A DNA stretch of 64,000 nucleotides, taken from the NCBI GenBank assembly GCA_951406725.2, contig OX597826.1, positions 11,160,001 through 11,224,000 of the forward strand, read 5' to 3'. Source of the DNA: Octopus vulgaris (Eukaryota). The notes beneath the pieces are model-generated. The model was not told the DNA's origin. It did no database searches and worked only from the letters and a program-made list of their open reading frames with translations. A program made the translations under genes and the position numbers. Below are positions 13,565 to 27,149 of the stretch, one piece after another; the first letter of the stretch is position 1, and each line of letters starts with the position of its first letter.

Positions 13565-14079
13565 TCACCGAGACGACGAGAAAACGAAGCATGTCTTTAC
13601 ACCTCACGAGCGTACTGAACTTATTTCGCACGTGACGTTTGGTAAACCTTGTGGTGCTGGAGCACAATTGTTAGAGCATTGGTCAAAATACCTTCCTGTA
13701 TTGGTTCCGGTTTTTATGTTCTGGGGTTTCGGAATGCAGACTTAATCTATCGTCAGGTTGAACACCAGCACCTAATATTTGGTCCCCTCTAGCGGAGTTC
13801 ACTCAATGATAACCATACAAGTCTGGATTCTGTTCTGAGTTTAACTGCCTCCCTCCGGTCTAGGAGGGCCTGGAAAAGAATGAAGGACCATTCACTTCCT
13901 GACTAAGCGGTAAAAATACAACAAAATGTAAAACATGAAAAGAAGAACCGTCCACATCCTAAACACAGCATTTTCTACACTATGGTACGTCTCCCTAGTG
14001 TACGCTTTTTCATAATATGATCACACATGTTGTTACATCGACGTCCATCAGTAAATAACAGAAGCCACTTAGCGTCACT

Positions 14080-14440
14080 TACACCGCTTCCGCCGCTGCT
14101 CCCACCGCTTCCGCCGTTGCTGCCACCGCTTCCGCCGTTGCTGCCACCGCTTCTGCTGCTGCTGCCACCACTACAGTCACCGCTTCCGCCACTGCAATCA
14201 CCACCATCATCGTAAATGCCACCGCAACCGCCGCCGCCACCGCCGCCACCGCCACCGCCATCACCACCGCTGCTGCCACCGCCGTCACGGCTGCCACCGC
14301 AACCGCCGCCGCCACCGCCGCCACCGCCACCGCCATCACCACCGCTGCTGCCACCGCCGTCACGGCTGCCACCGCCGCCGCCGCCACCACCACAAAACAA
14401 ACGTAATAATAACAACAATAACAACAACAACAACAATACT
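14080..14440. repeat. GC-rich (CCG/CCA)n low-complexity tract with ~21-nt and ~63-nt internal duplications
   Basis: ccaccgcttccgccgttgctg repeats; about 14217-14295 is duplicated immediately downstream. Confidence 0.85.
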
Positions 14441-14937
14441 TCACACATCACTAACAACTCGCACAGCTGCCACTCTGCAATGCAACAAGCCATGCACTAC
14501 ATACTCTGCACAACAATTCCCTATTCACTATAAAACAACTCATAACAAATGTTACAATCAGCACAACAGCCAATCCAGGAGTAACATAACACATTACTTA
14601 ATGTCTACATAATCACCTCCCGATACAAAACAACAAAACCACAAAATGACATCAACAAAGACAAAACAATAATGGAAAGAAAAGCGCAAGAAATCAATGT
14701 GACGACTCGGGGGCTTCTACAGAGTCGATGGTCCTTTTGAAATAACCAGCAAATCTCCATCAAAAGCAGTCACTCTACCGTCTTAAATAAGGAAAGTACG
14801 CAATAGATGTCATAGTGCTAGAAAGTTCTAAATAGGAGTGATGTTTACGGTTGGAATGGTTTTGGTTATTTAAGTTTGGTGGCTCAAGGGTTGACCTAGG
14901 GTTAAACAAAAATAGTAACCACAGCAGCGAGATTCCC

Positions 14938-15027
14938 CTTCTTCTTCTTCTTCTTCTTCTTCTTCTTCTTCTTCTTCTTCTTCTTCTTCTTCTTCTTCTT
15001 CTTCTTCTTCTTCTTCTTCTTCTTCTT
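14938..15027. repeat. (CTT)n microsatellite
   Basis: Direct run. Confidence 0.95.
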
Positions 15028-15929
15028 GGCCCCCGGACCATATCTCTGCTCACAGCTATCGGGTCAGTGATTACTGCCCGTAAGTGCGTGCTCTGTTTTT
15101 CCATTCTTCAATCTCTCATTAGATGCAACGCGAAGTTCCGTCAGTGAATAGGTCGCGGTTTCAAAGTGACGAAAATATTTTGACACCAATTAAATTTAAA
15201 TGTTGAAGTGAAACTAACGGTTTTTTTTTGTGTTTCTTAAATGGCTTACAAACATCTTCCACGCTGCAGTTGTGTTTGTGAATCTCTAAATATATTTCCG
15301 AAAATTTGATTCGAATATCTATGAGAAGTTACAACTAAAATTTCTTGGGATTAACATAGAATCTTGCCTCTCACAATATAGAAACATTTCTCGTGACACC
15401 AGTCGAGAAAATTGAAAAGGCGTATTCCCGGATGATAGCCTGGGATATGTGCTGGAACAGCTACTCTGACTCGCGGAGCTTGCACTTGCCGGCGGCAATC
15501 TCTGCCTCAATAGTAAATCAAGCTAATAGTGTATTAAATGCTATTTCTTTTTACCTTTTAAATAACGATATTTTGTGTGTGTTGAATTAGTACACCAATC
15601 CCACCGTCTAGGTTAATGTTTCAGTAATGTTTACATAGCTACTATCCAAAACTGTACGAAACGTTGGAGTATGCAAACACATTTCTACACTCCTCTCCTC
15701 ACAAGCAAAAAAAAAACCCCTCAATAATGATGATAATGACGGTGTTGGTAGTGGCTTTTTTTATTGCTACCATGCTACGAGGGCTTATTCACACAGGAAA
15801 GAATGTTATAAGAGTAGTGCAAACAAGTGAGGATACACAAAGTTATATAAACTCAAAAGGAAAGGCGAAGGTATACTGTAGATAGAATTCTACTAAGAGA
15901 ACATTTTTATACTTTCACATAATAGTTAA

Positions 15930-16511
15930 TGGCGCAGGAGTGGCTGTGTGGTACGTAGCTTGCTAACCAACCACATTGTTTCGGGTTCAGTCTCACTGCG
16001 TGGCACCTTGGGACAGTGTCTTCTACTATAGCCTCGCGCCGACCAAAGCCTTGTGAGTGGATTTGGTAGACGGAAACTGAAAGAAGCCCGTCGTATATGT
16101 GTATATGTATATATATATGTGTGTGTGTGTGTTTGTGTGTTTATTTCTCCCCCAACATCACTTGACAACCGATGCTGGTGTGTGTACGCCCCCGTAACTT
16201 AGCGATTCGGCAAATGAGCCCGATAGAATAAGTACTAGGCTTACAAAGAATAAGTCCTGGGGTAGATTTGTTCGACTAAAGGCGGTGCTCCAGCATGGCC
16301 GCATTCAAGTGACTGAAACGAGTAAATGAATAAAAGAAAATATAAATAGGCGCAGGAGTGGCTGTGTGGTAAGTAGCTTGCTAACCAACCACATGGTTCT
16401 GGGTTCAATCCCACTGCGTGGCATCTTGGGCAAGTGTCTTCTGCTATAGCCCCGGGCCGACCAATGCCTTGTGAGTGGATTTGGTAGACGGAAACTGAAA
16501 GAAGCCTGTCG

Positions 16512-16542
<31 letters not shown>

Positions 16543-16772
16543 GTATGTGTGTGTGTGTATTTGTGTGTCTGTGTTTGTCCCCTAGCATTGCTTGACAACC
16601 GATGCTGGTATGTGTTTACGTCCCCGTCACATAGCGGTTCGGCAAAAGAGACCGATATAATAAGTACTGGGCTTACAAAAAATAAGTCTCGGGGTCGATT
16701 TGCTCGACTAAAGGCGGTGCTCCAGCATGGCCGCAGTCAAATGACTGAAACAAGTAAAAGAGTAAAAGAGTA
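15930..16772 (+). mobile_element. Two tandem full-length SINE-B copies (15930-16330, 16348-16772)
   Basis: Both have the head ggcgcaggagtggctgtgtggta, an internal (TA)/(TG) tract and the tail ggtgctccagcatggccgca..tgactgaaac. Confidence 0.93.
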
Positions 16773-17279
16773 AACACAATTGTTATTTAATGAAATATAA
16801 TTAGAAGCGGTATGCATAAAAAAACAAACAAATCACGTCGGGTTCGAACACTTAATAACTTTGCAGATTATTCCTTCTATAAGAGTGACCTGATACATTC
16901 AAACGCCTCCGTAAGTGTTTTGTTCTTTGTTGGACGGATCTACATTTGCTGAGCTGGCGCTTGTTCCGCGAGATAGTATATTATTGGAGGAGCTTTCACC
17001 GATATTTATTTATCCAATGTCTTTTGAACTATTCTGATCTTATCTCCTCCTCTCTAATTAGTACGCCGATCCCATCACCTAGGTTAATTAGTTATTTTAT
17101 TGCCACTGCGGTCCATGCATGCATACAAAAAACGTTACAAAGGCGTTTCTAAAAGATATGTTTATTGTTTGAATGCCTTTGTTCATGTGTTTATTGGTTG
17201 AGGATTGATTTGGAGATAAAAGTTCACGATGACAACAACAACGACGACGACGACCACAGCCACCATTATCATTTCATCA

Positions 17280-17740
17280 CCTATTTCTTTACTACCCACA
17301 AGGAGCTACACACAGAGGGCACAAACAAGGACAGACAAACGGATTAAGTCGATTATATTGACCCCAGTGCGTAACTGGTACTTACTTAATCGACCCCGAA
17401 AGGATGAAAGACAAAGTCGACCTCGGCGGAATTTGAACTCAGAACGTAACGGCAGACGAAATACCTATTTCTTTACTACCCACAAGGGTAGGACAAGGGT
17501 AGGACAAGGGTAGGACAAGGGTAGGACAGAGGGTAGGACAGAGAGGACATACAAGGACAGACAAACGGATTAAGTCGATTATATCGACCCCAGTGCGTAA
17601 CTGGTACTTATTTAATCGACCCCGAAAGGATGAAAGGCAAAGTCGACCTCGGCGGAATTTGAACTCAGAACGTAACGGCAGACGAAATACCGCTGAATAT
17701 TTCGCCCAGCGTGCTAACGTTTCTGCCAGCTCGCCGCCTC
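17280..17740 (-). mobile_element. SINE-A dimer with internal 11-bp tandem (ggacaagggta)n
   Basis: Junction gaaatacctatttctttactaccc near 17458-17481; tandem at 17485-17540. Confidence 0.9.
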
Positions 17741-18500
17741 TTATCGTCTCATCACCATCATTATCATCATCATCACCAACAACATCAATAACATTATCAG
17801 CAACAAAGAAGATACGAAATCCTGAAGTAAGAAGAGAAAAAAAAAACCTCATAAAAGACAAATGAAAACAAATCAAAACAGACGTTGCACACATCTTATG
17901 AAGATGATGTAGTAACTGCTGTGTATGGTGAAGCGAGGATTTCTAAGCGGTCTCAGGGACTGGGGACAAGGCAAGTTTTAAGACCATCCTCGGAGCTGCG
18001 ACCTGTAATGGTTTGGAAAAAGCAGTTTCCGGGTTCTGCTATTGTTGATGCTGATTCTGCTGCTGTACACCAGTCCTTTTCCTTCTCTGATTGTCCAGTG
18101 CCTCAGGGCGTGGGTTTCCCTGCTACCACACGTACGTCAGTATTCTTCTTGCTTTTCTCTCTGCACCGACTGTTTGAGAATGACGTTCTGGTGTTCGGAG
18201 TTCAAAGATAATCAAAACATGTATGTCCAAGTAATCTCAAACGTATGTTATTTCGTGTCACCTCTGCATCTACCACCTGCCCATGCTGTGCTGCAAAAGT
18301 AGCAATAGACTAAGGGTCAACTTTATTATCAACGATTTTCACCATGCCCTTCATATTGTATAACCACATATTTTGGAATACTAGCAGTTTTGGACAGGTA
18401 TGTGACGCTCACGCTCAATCTGTTTTCTTGGTTCGTCCTCAGTTTTGAGGGCGAATTAACACTTCTATAAATCCTAACCAGGTCGATGGAAACCACATTG

Positions 18501-18730
18501 TCATCATCATTGTTCGACCGTGGTCGAGACAATGGAATTTACTATGCTACGCCAGACTTCACGGTCCATCATAGCATGACGGAGGTCTTGTTGCTGGATG
18601 CCTGTATCCCTGGAGATTACATCAGGGTAGGAGAGTGTGCGCCCTCTGGTATCGCGAGTAGATGGCTTCCAGAGGAGAAGAGAAGAAATTGCCTCGTTTT
18701 CAGCTCTACAACAGCTCTGCTTTTGTAGCA
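18501..18730 (-). mobile_element. RTE-clade LINE 3' fragment with (TGA)n tail
   Basis: Highly similar to 60702-60910; CCRAENEAISSLLLWKP..RGRTLSYPDVI. Confidence 0.88.
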
Positions 18731-19530
18731 AACGTCAACTGAGTCTTCTCTTAATTATTACTTTGAAGGCATATTAAAAGCACTTATGTTTTTCAAGAGA
18801 CAAAGATATGCAACTCTTACCCTTGTTCTTTCTTCGATAAAATCGTTTGCTAATGACGCAAGTTTGTTTCATAATATGCCTCTCGTATATATTTATATTT
18901 TTCTAACCTAGTGTTTGCATTTCTTTGTAGCTGGCAATAGCGAAGTTGCTGTTACTGCCTCCGTTGTTAAAGTTTTAGCAACACACTTAAGTGTGATGTA
19001 GAACGAAGGTCAATATTTACAACCGGGGAATGTTTGCAAGATTATGTTTTCCTGTGTACTCTTCAGTGTTAACATCTGTGTTTGAGATCGCATCTGCTTT
19101 CTTAATTGTCATTGTCTTTATATTTATTTGGGATTTTGTTCTCACAACTTACGAAATATTTTCTCGAAATTCTTGAGGTTAAGTACACTGCTACCGCTTT
19201 TGCGGTTAGCCACTCTTACCCTTACCCTTACCCAGGAAGAAGCTGTATTGAAACACAAGTTAACAAATATTTATAAAATGTAATATAAACACAGACAATG
19301 ACAAACCTTACATTTCCTAACCCAAGATAAACAGGGTGGATAAAAATGTTTCAAAACCTTCTGTTCGGGTATAAATAATAAAAGAAATGTAACTTTTTTT
19401 ATAAGTAAAACGTGGAGAAATCGAGTCTTCTACAGAGCTATCCTGAAGATGTCCAGTCACACCAAAACACAAATAACAACAACATCAACGTCAGCAACAA
19501 CAATAATAACAATACCAACAACAACAACAG

Positions 19531-19561
<31 letters not shown>

Positions 19562-19989
19562 AGTAGCAGCAGCAGCAGCAACGACGACTGTTTTAACTTT
19601 AGCACAAGACTAGATATTTTTAGGAGGATATTAGCTGATTAAATCGACTCCATTATTTGATTGATACCTTCTTTTATCGTCCTCGAAAGGATGAAAAGCA
19701 AAGTTGAGCTCGACAGAAATTGAACTTGGTGGTCAACCTTATCGAAAGTTTTTAATTGACCTGAGTTGATCATCTAGTTTTATCTTCTGAATTCAAATTC
19801 TTTTGGGGCCGATGAAATAAGTACCCGCTGAGCTCTGGTATCGGTGTACTCAACTAGCCCCCTTTCTCAAAATTTCAGGTCTTGTACCTATAGCAGTTTA
19901 GTTCACTCCTAGATCACAGAATAACAGTGGATGCCTGTAGACATGAGAAGGTAGTGCGGTTATTATTATTATGGTCAGGTTCCAACCCT

Positions 19990-20240
19990 GGGCCGCAACA
20001 ACAAATTCCACCCGCCACACTTCTCAGTTCATCATCACTACCTTGCAGGTCCAGGAAACATTATAGGCTAGTTTCTGCAATCAAATTGTCGATGTAAGCG
20101 TGACGACGTGTCCAGATAGTCGCAGTCGTCTTTGCCTTATCTTGCTGACTTTCGGCAGATATCCATAAAAAGCATTTATCATATGTTGCTGCTATTTCAC
20201 AATCTGGGCAGTGTGCTGTTATGACTTGTAGCCTGAAGTA
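19990..20240 (-). mobile_element. Old RTE-like LINE remnant
   Basis: Minus frame YGYLPKVSKIRQRRLRLSGH parallels YGKLPPVS..RRVQFAGH at 60869-61558. Confidence 0.6.
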
Positions 20241-20269
20241 ATTCAAATTTTACCAGATAACAGATTTAC

Positions 20270-20989
20270 TCGATGAAACACACGAGCATAAAACAATAGA
20301 AGAAAGCCGATGTTGACTTGTTGAAAGCAGTGTGCAGAAAGAAAGTCAGCGGCCAGAGAGAGGAGGAGGAGTGAGAGAGAGAGGGAAAGAAACCAGAAAG
20401 GGTGAAAAATAAGAAGGAGAGAGATAGGTAGAGAGGAAGACAGACAGGCAGGGAGGAAAGGTCAAGTAAAGAGTTAAGAGTGCGCGTCATAATTATTGAA
20501 ATAAAAACTTACTTGGAGAAGAAGAAAACGACGCACGTCTATATGTATATATACATGCATATATGAGTACATGACTGCTTTCAACAAGTCAACATCAGCT
20601 TTCTTCTGTCTTCCGCAAGCCGATCTTCAGAATGCGTTCTAACGAATTTTTCCACCGTCTAAGCTTAAAAAAGCCCTTATTGTTGGTTTCCTTGTCCTGT
20701 TTTTATTCTTTATTTGTACTGTTTTCTGCTCTTACCTTCGAAACACGCATTGAGTCGAAACAGGGGCAGCTGATGAAGGGGAATATTCCTTGTATTGTTT
20801 GTCTGGTACTCTGTTTTTTCGTTGTTAAAAAAAGTCCGTTTCTTTGTTTGATTTTATGTTTTCGTTTCTCGTTATGTTCTACGTTTATTTGTGATGTCCT
20901 GTACTCATATATGCATGTATATATATATACATATAGATGTAGGTATGTACATATATGTATGTATGCATATGTTTTATTTATTAAATTGT

Positions 20990-20993
<4 letters not shown>
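20270..20993. mobile_element. Family F1: minus segment (20270-20570) abutting plus segment (20574-20993), an inverted arrangement
   Basis: agaagaaagccgatgttgacttgttgaaagcagt is inverted to actgctttcaacaagtcaacatcagctttcttct. The motif copy at about 20726-20781 lacks the GTGT-H strand because of a deletion. Confidence 0.8.
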
Positions 20994-21069
<76 letters not shown>

Positions 21070-21408
21070 CGGAGTTGTTTTGACTCTTAGTTCTAGCAAT
21101 GCTGGTGCTGATCAGTGCTTTTCTTCAATTTAGTGAAGTATACATTTCTGCCTTTAGGTTGTAAAATTGCGAATTAACCACCCATATTATATATATACAT
21201 ATACATAAATGCACGTGCGCAGGTGCGTATATACACACTCATACACACACAAAGCACATGCGCACACACACACACTCACACACACACACTCACACACACA
21301 AGCATATAAAAGAATATGCACATATTTGAAGCTTCATTTGGGTGGAGCTTTTAAAATTCACATATGTATGTGGAAATATTGAATCCTCATAATGGTGTCA
21401 AGTAATAG

Positions 21409-21492
<84 letters not shown>

Positions 21493-21649
21493 ATATATAT
21501 ATATATATATATATATCGAACTACCTCTTTCTCTCTGTCTTTTCTCTCTCTCTTTCTCTCATATCGTACCTTGCTCCATTATTATTCATATTGAATCAAT
21601 TTACAGATGTGATTTAAAAAATGACTCCACCCAAATTAATTATTCAATA

Positions 21650-21868
21650 CAATAATCCCTCGACTATCACGGGTGTGACCTTTACAGCCCCGACCCCGTG
21701 ATAGCTGAAAACCCGCGAAGAAGAAACAGTACTTTATATTTTTTTATTATTTTTATAATTTGTATATATTTATTTTATTATAAATGCAAAATAGCATCAC
21801 GGAGGAATCGACGTAAGCTTAAATAATAAACCGCGATAGGCGAACCGCGATATGGCGAGGGATTACTT
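21650..21868. mobile_element. Tigger/pogo-like MITE
   Basis: TIR-like caataatccctcg / cgagggattact in a TA context; homologous to 23401-23648. Confidence 0.75.
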
Positions 21869-22019
21869 ATATGTATAATCTTCTTTATACTTGTATGCTA
21901 TGTGTGGGTATGTGTTTGTTTGTGTGTGTGTGTCTGTGTTTGTTTGTGCATATGTCAGTTTGTGGACATATCTGTGTGTATATGTGAATTTGTGAACATA
22001 CATGTGTGTGCATATGCCT

Positions 22020-22098
<79 letters not shown>

Positions 22099-22285
22099 CC
22101 AATTTCATACACATAGATATATTTACACAAGCACACGGCCAACACACGTCATTATCAACATATAACTATACACATTTTAACTCACAAATAAACACACAAA
22201 CGTACATATCTGAGTGCTACACAAACGCTCACATGTATCAGTACCGCCACACACCTACAGACATACACACATACATATATAGTAT

Positions 22286-22327
<42 letters not shown>

Positions 22328-22393
22328 GTAGATCCCTCCCACTATCTTTCTTTTTTCTTTGTCAGTATATAATTATACATACATACATATATG

Positions 22394-22445
22394 ACCAAAG
22401 CCTTGTGAGTGGATTTGGTAGATGGAAACTGAAAGAAGCCCATCA

Positions 22446-22500
<55 letters not shown>

Positions 22501-22755
22501 ATATATATATGTATGTGAGTGTGTATTTGTATTTGTATTTGTGTGTGTGTATTTGTATCTGTGTTTGTCCCTCACCACCGCTTGGCAACCGGTGTTGGTG
22601 AGTTTACGTCCCCGCAACTTAGCGGTTCGGCAAAACAGACCGATAGAATAAGTACTAGGCTCACAAAGGATAAGCTCTGGGGTCAATTTGTTCGACTAAA
22701 GGCGGTGCTCCAGCATGGCCGCCGTCAAATAACTGAAACAAGAGAATAAAAGTAA
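22394..22755 (+). mobile_element. 5'-truncated SINE-B
   Basis: gaccaaagccttgtgagtgg...ggtgctccagcatggccgcc. Confidence 0.9.
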
Positions 22756-23400
22756 AATGAATATATATAGACATACATACATATATACCTATATACATAC
22801 ATATACATATGTATACTTATGTATACGTATATATATATATATATATACAGATATAAATTTATACACGTATAAATATGTATATATATATATATACACACAC
22901 ACAAATAAATATGTGTGTGTATACATGCACACGTACATGTAGAAATACACACACACACACACACACACATACACACATATATAAGTATAATCCTACATAT
23001 TTGTGCGGATCAATATAATCGGTGCCGATTTATACATTGATATTGCGCGTTAAAGTTTTTAAGTTATACAATACTTTTAAAGCGGTCTTTTCATGTATGA
23101 TTTATTGTCTCATTGATTTACTTATGGCAATCAAATTCCCTCCCACCCCCAACGCAAGAGAAGCCATGTTTACGGACAGATTTTTCAACATTTTTCAATG
23201 GCTACCATTTAGCATAGCAGACAATGTTTCGTTTCAAAAAAAAAAATAAATAAACGCTAATGTTTTATTTTTCTCTGTTTATTGTATATTAAATTAATGG
23301 CGTATGACGTGGTGAAGATAGCGATAAAGAAGTGTGGTTCTTCAGGTGAGTTGTGTCTGCAAAATCAGTTTCGTTTCCTGGTTGAAGTACTTTTCATATA

Positions 23401-23648
23401 CAGTAACCCCGCGGCTATCGCGGGTTTTACGTTCCAAAAACCACCGCGAAGGGTGACAATCCGCGATGTAGAAACAGTACTGTACTGTATATATGTTTTA
23501 ATTTTTATAATTTGTATATATTTATTTTATTATAAATGCAAAACAACACCACAGAGGAATTGATGTAAGCTTAAATAATAAACTGCGATAAGTGAACCGT
23601 GATAAATGAACCGTGATAAGTGAACTGCGATATGGCGTGAGGTTACTG
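23401..23648. mobile_element. Tigger/pogo-like MITE
   Basis: ta|cagtaaccccgc ... gcgtgaggttactg with CAGT termini; subterminal gaaccgtgataa repeats. Confidence 0.8.
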
Positions 23649-23752
23649 TGCTGGTGCTTTACTCATCATCTATTTATACATTTCCATTATATATATATAT
23701 ATATTATACACATACACTCACATATATATATTATATACATAACGATATATAC

Positions 23753-23841
<89 letters not shown>

Positions 23842-24229
23842 CAAGTAATATTACTCTCCACCAAGACTAAAGTACCATAAAAAGTAGAATTATAAATATG
23901 CAAAGCGGATATACACGAAGTACGATCATTGCTAGAAATAGCAACCGGTAAGCTATTGGCGATATGTAGAACTTCATTGAATGTTTACAAGCAGAGATAT
24001 TTGCGGGTGGTCAATATGGGAAAATTCTGTCTTCCCTCTACGGAGACCGGTAGAGGAATGAAGGATAATTCAGTACTGCAGTTTCAAACTTTTCGGATCA
24101 CGTGGGTGAGGGCGAATCCGATTGGTTATTTTCAGTTGAATCTATCATTGACGATCAAATTATAAAATATCCACTACATCTCTGCCAGTCAAAATCAGAA
24201 CCAAGATCAGTGAATAAAGCATCATAAAA

Positions 24230-24472
24230 GATTGTTTATGGAAGACCAGCAGTCGCCCATGCATACAAGCTTTCCCTCTCCACGCTACCTATGTTATTGA
24301 AGGGAAAGCCAAAGGCCGATACAGCTTGGCACCTGGGACGTCGCCAATCATTTCTACAGCTGAATGAACTGGAGCAACAGGAAATAAAGTGTCTTGCTCA
24401 AGAACACAACACACAGCCTGGTCTGAGAATCGAACTCACTACCTCATGATTGTGAACCCTACTTTCTAACCG
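24230..24472 (-). mobile_element. SINE-D (tRNA head, CORE-like body)
   Basis: Minus strand gagttcgattctc (B box) followed by tgtgttcttgagcaagacacttt..ctccagttcattcagctgt. Confidence 0.75.
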
Positions 24473-25034
24473 GTGTGTTAAATGTTACAAAAAAATTTCC
24501 TCTGCCTCAGAAATTCGTATCTAAATTGCCAAATGGATATTACTAAGAACAACTCCATCTGAAAAGGGGAGATGATCTCAAGATTCAAGAATTAGTCAAA
24601 AACGATACGCGTGGACATGTATTTCTTGTTCAATTGCCTTCATCAGCGTAACACTTGTCCGACCTTATCTCAAGCTGCCATAGAACTTCAACGGATACAA
24701 TACAGAGAAAGAAACAGTTATGGCTTAGTTAATTTGCACAATTTGATTTAAGAGGAATAACTCAAAATAGACATTGGTGTGTATTCGAATAACATTGTCA
24801 AATTCCAGTATTAAAAAATATTACTACAAAAAATTGTTGATATATTAAAATTATCTTCACCTCTAGATGATGTATCATACATAATTGTCAAATGGAAATT
24901 ATGACCAGCTACATCTGAGAAGAGTCAAGAGCCTTCCAAAACTGACTTGACATTAACGAAGTATATAGGATTATTGTCTGGAGTAGGCAATAACTATTTT
25001 CTACTCAGTTTTGTTATAAGTCTAAGTTCTTATT

Positions 25035-25455
25035 TCTTTATTTCTTTATTGCCCACAAGGGGCTAAACACAGAAGAGACAAATAAGGACAGACAAACGAA
25101 TTAAGACGATTACATCAAGCACAGTGCGTAACTGGTACTTAATTTATCGACCCCGAAAGGATGAAAGGCAAAGTCGACCTTGGAAGAATTTGAACTCAGA
25201 ACATAACAGCAGATGGAATACCTATTTCTTTACTACCCACAAGGGGGCTAAACACAGAGGGGACAAACAAGGATAGACAAACGTATTAAGTCGATTACAT
25301 CGGCCTCAGTGCGTAACTGGTACTTAATTTATCGACCCCGAAAGGATGAAAGGCAAAGTCGACCTCGGCGGAATTTGAACTCAGAACGTAATGGCAGGCG
25401 AAATACCGCTGATCATTTCACCCGGCGTGCTAAGGATTCTGCCAGCTCGCAACCT
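25035..25455 (-). mobile_element. SINE-A dimer
   Basis: Same internal junction gaaatacctatttcttt near 25216-25232. Confidence 0.9.
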
Positions 25456-25854
25456 TAATTTCTTTTACTGCAGGAGATAAGGTCGGACAGTTGATGAAGG
25501 CTACTGATGAAGGCTACTGAGCCAGGATCTCGTGTCAACTACTCTCCTCTCATCTTCCAGCAATATGACTGTCCTTTTGAGGGAGATCTGATTGTAGGCT
25601 GAATTTCACTGCCATTGCATAAGACACAACAATTTCCGATTGGTTTCTTCCAGGTTGAATATTCCGAAATTATCGGTCGTCGTCGTCGTCGTGATCATCA
25701 GATCATCATCTGAATCATAAACATCCATAAACATCAACAAGTCAAACCATCATTAATTATTACGATTATTTAATGTCTTAATTTCTATTCTTATCTTCGT
25801 CTGTATTAAAAAAAAAACAATGAAGAAAGAAAGAAGAAAAAGAAAGAAATCACC

Positions 25855-26050
25855 ACCATCGCCCCCATTACTATCACCACTGTCGCTATTGCCACCGCCG
25901 CCGCCAAAACTAGGAATAACAGTACCATCACCACTAACACCACCATCATCTGACCACAACCACACCACCACCAGTAGCAGCAGTAGCAGCACCACCACCT
26001 TCACAACCACCACCACTACCACATTCATATCGCCACCAGCATCATCACCG

Positions 26051-26084
<34 letters not shown>

Positions 26085-26238
26085 AACTACAACAACTACT
26101 ACTGCTACTACTACTACTACTACTACTACAACGACAACAACAACAGCTACTACTACTACTACTATAACAACTACTACAACAACAACAACAACTACTGCTA
26201 CTACTACTACTACTACTACAACAACTACAACTACTACT

Positions 26239-26272
<34 letters not shown>

Positions 26273-26279
26273 AACAACA

Positions 26280-26335
<56 letters not shown>

Positions 26336-26345
26336 CACCATCGCC
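25855..26345. repeat. (CCA)/(CTA)/(CAA)n low-complexity array
   Basis: Direct runs. Confidence 0.9.
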
Positions 26346-26548
26346 ACATCCACCATTTTTAGCGAAAGCAACAAATGCATGATAAGTTTTAAATTGTCCA
26401 AAATTTGTTGAAATTAAAATGTCATTAGAATATTCTAGAAGAATCTTTTCCATCTTGTCTCTGTTCTCTCAGTCTCTCTCTTTCTCCTTCCCACCACGTC
26501 CTTTCTCTCTTCCACAGCTCACTTTCTATCTCTCTTTCCTTCTTTCCC

Positions 26549-26580
<32 letters not shown>

Positions 26581-27002
26581 CACACACACACGCACCATTA
26601 GTTCCGTTAGAAGTTCACCCTATCTTCACTAGATGTCGTCACTTGCAAGCAGCCAGCCGAAGAAATAGACAAAAGAAAAACAAAAAAAAACAAAAAAACA
26701 ACAACAAAAACAAAAAAACACACAAAAAAACAAAAACAAAAGAAGCGATAAACAAATGTCTGTGAGTATGTGCAGAGATGAATGCGAGTGAGTGCGTCTG
26801 AATGTGTATGTATTTTTTTGTGCGTATGTATATGCGTGTGTGTGTGTGTGTGTGTGTGCATGTCTATATTTATACATATGCGCGCGCTCACACACATGTG
26901 TATTTATTTATTTATGCACGTGCGCGCATGTGCGTATATGAGTCTATGCGCGCACACACATATATGTATATATACGTGTGTGTAAGTGTATGTGTTTGCT
27001 TG

Positions 27003-27044
<42 letters not shown>

Positions 27045-27081
27045 CATATAAAATATACAGTTATATATATGCAGATATAGT

Positions 27082-27149
<68 letters not shown>

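Noticed and set aside
13750-13760. CTGACGA..GAAAC on the minus strand
   Set aside because: No stem II closure and no UH site
13975-14533. Poly-Gly / poly-Pro / poly-Ala ORFs
   Set aside because: Open in several frames on both strands; low-complexity repeat without flanking coding signal
17439-17894. Recurrent peptides RPRKDERQSRPRRNLNSER and RRASFSFRLPNPLTRLWSARG
   Set aside because: Incidental translations of SINE-A and SINE-B, not a gene family
18130-18330. RLRLLGH on the minus strand suggesting another RTE piece
   Set aside because: One short motif; too decayed to call
24636-25520. CTGATGAAGG matches near 24641 (minus) and 25504 (plus)
   Set aside because: No paired stem II/GAAA/UH arrangement
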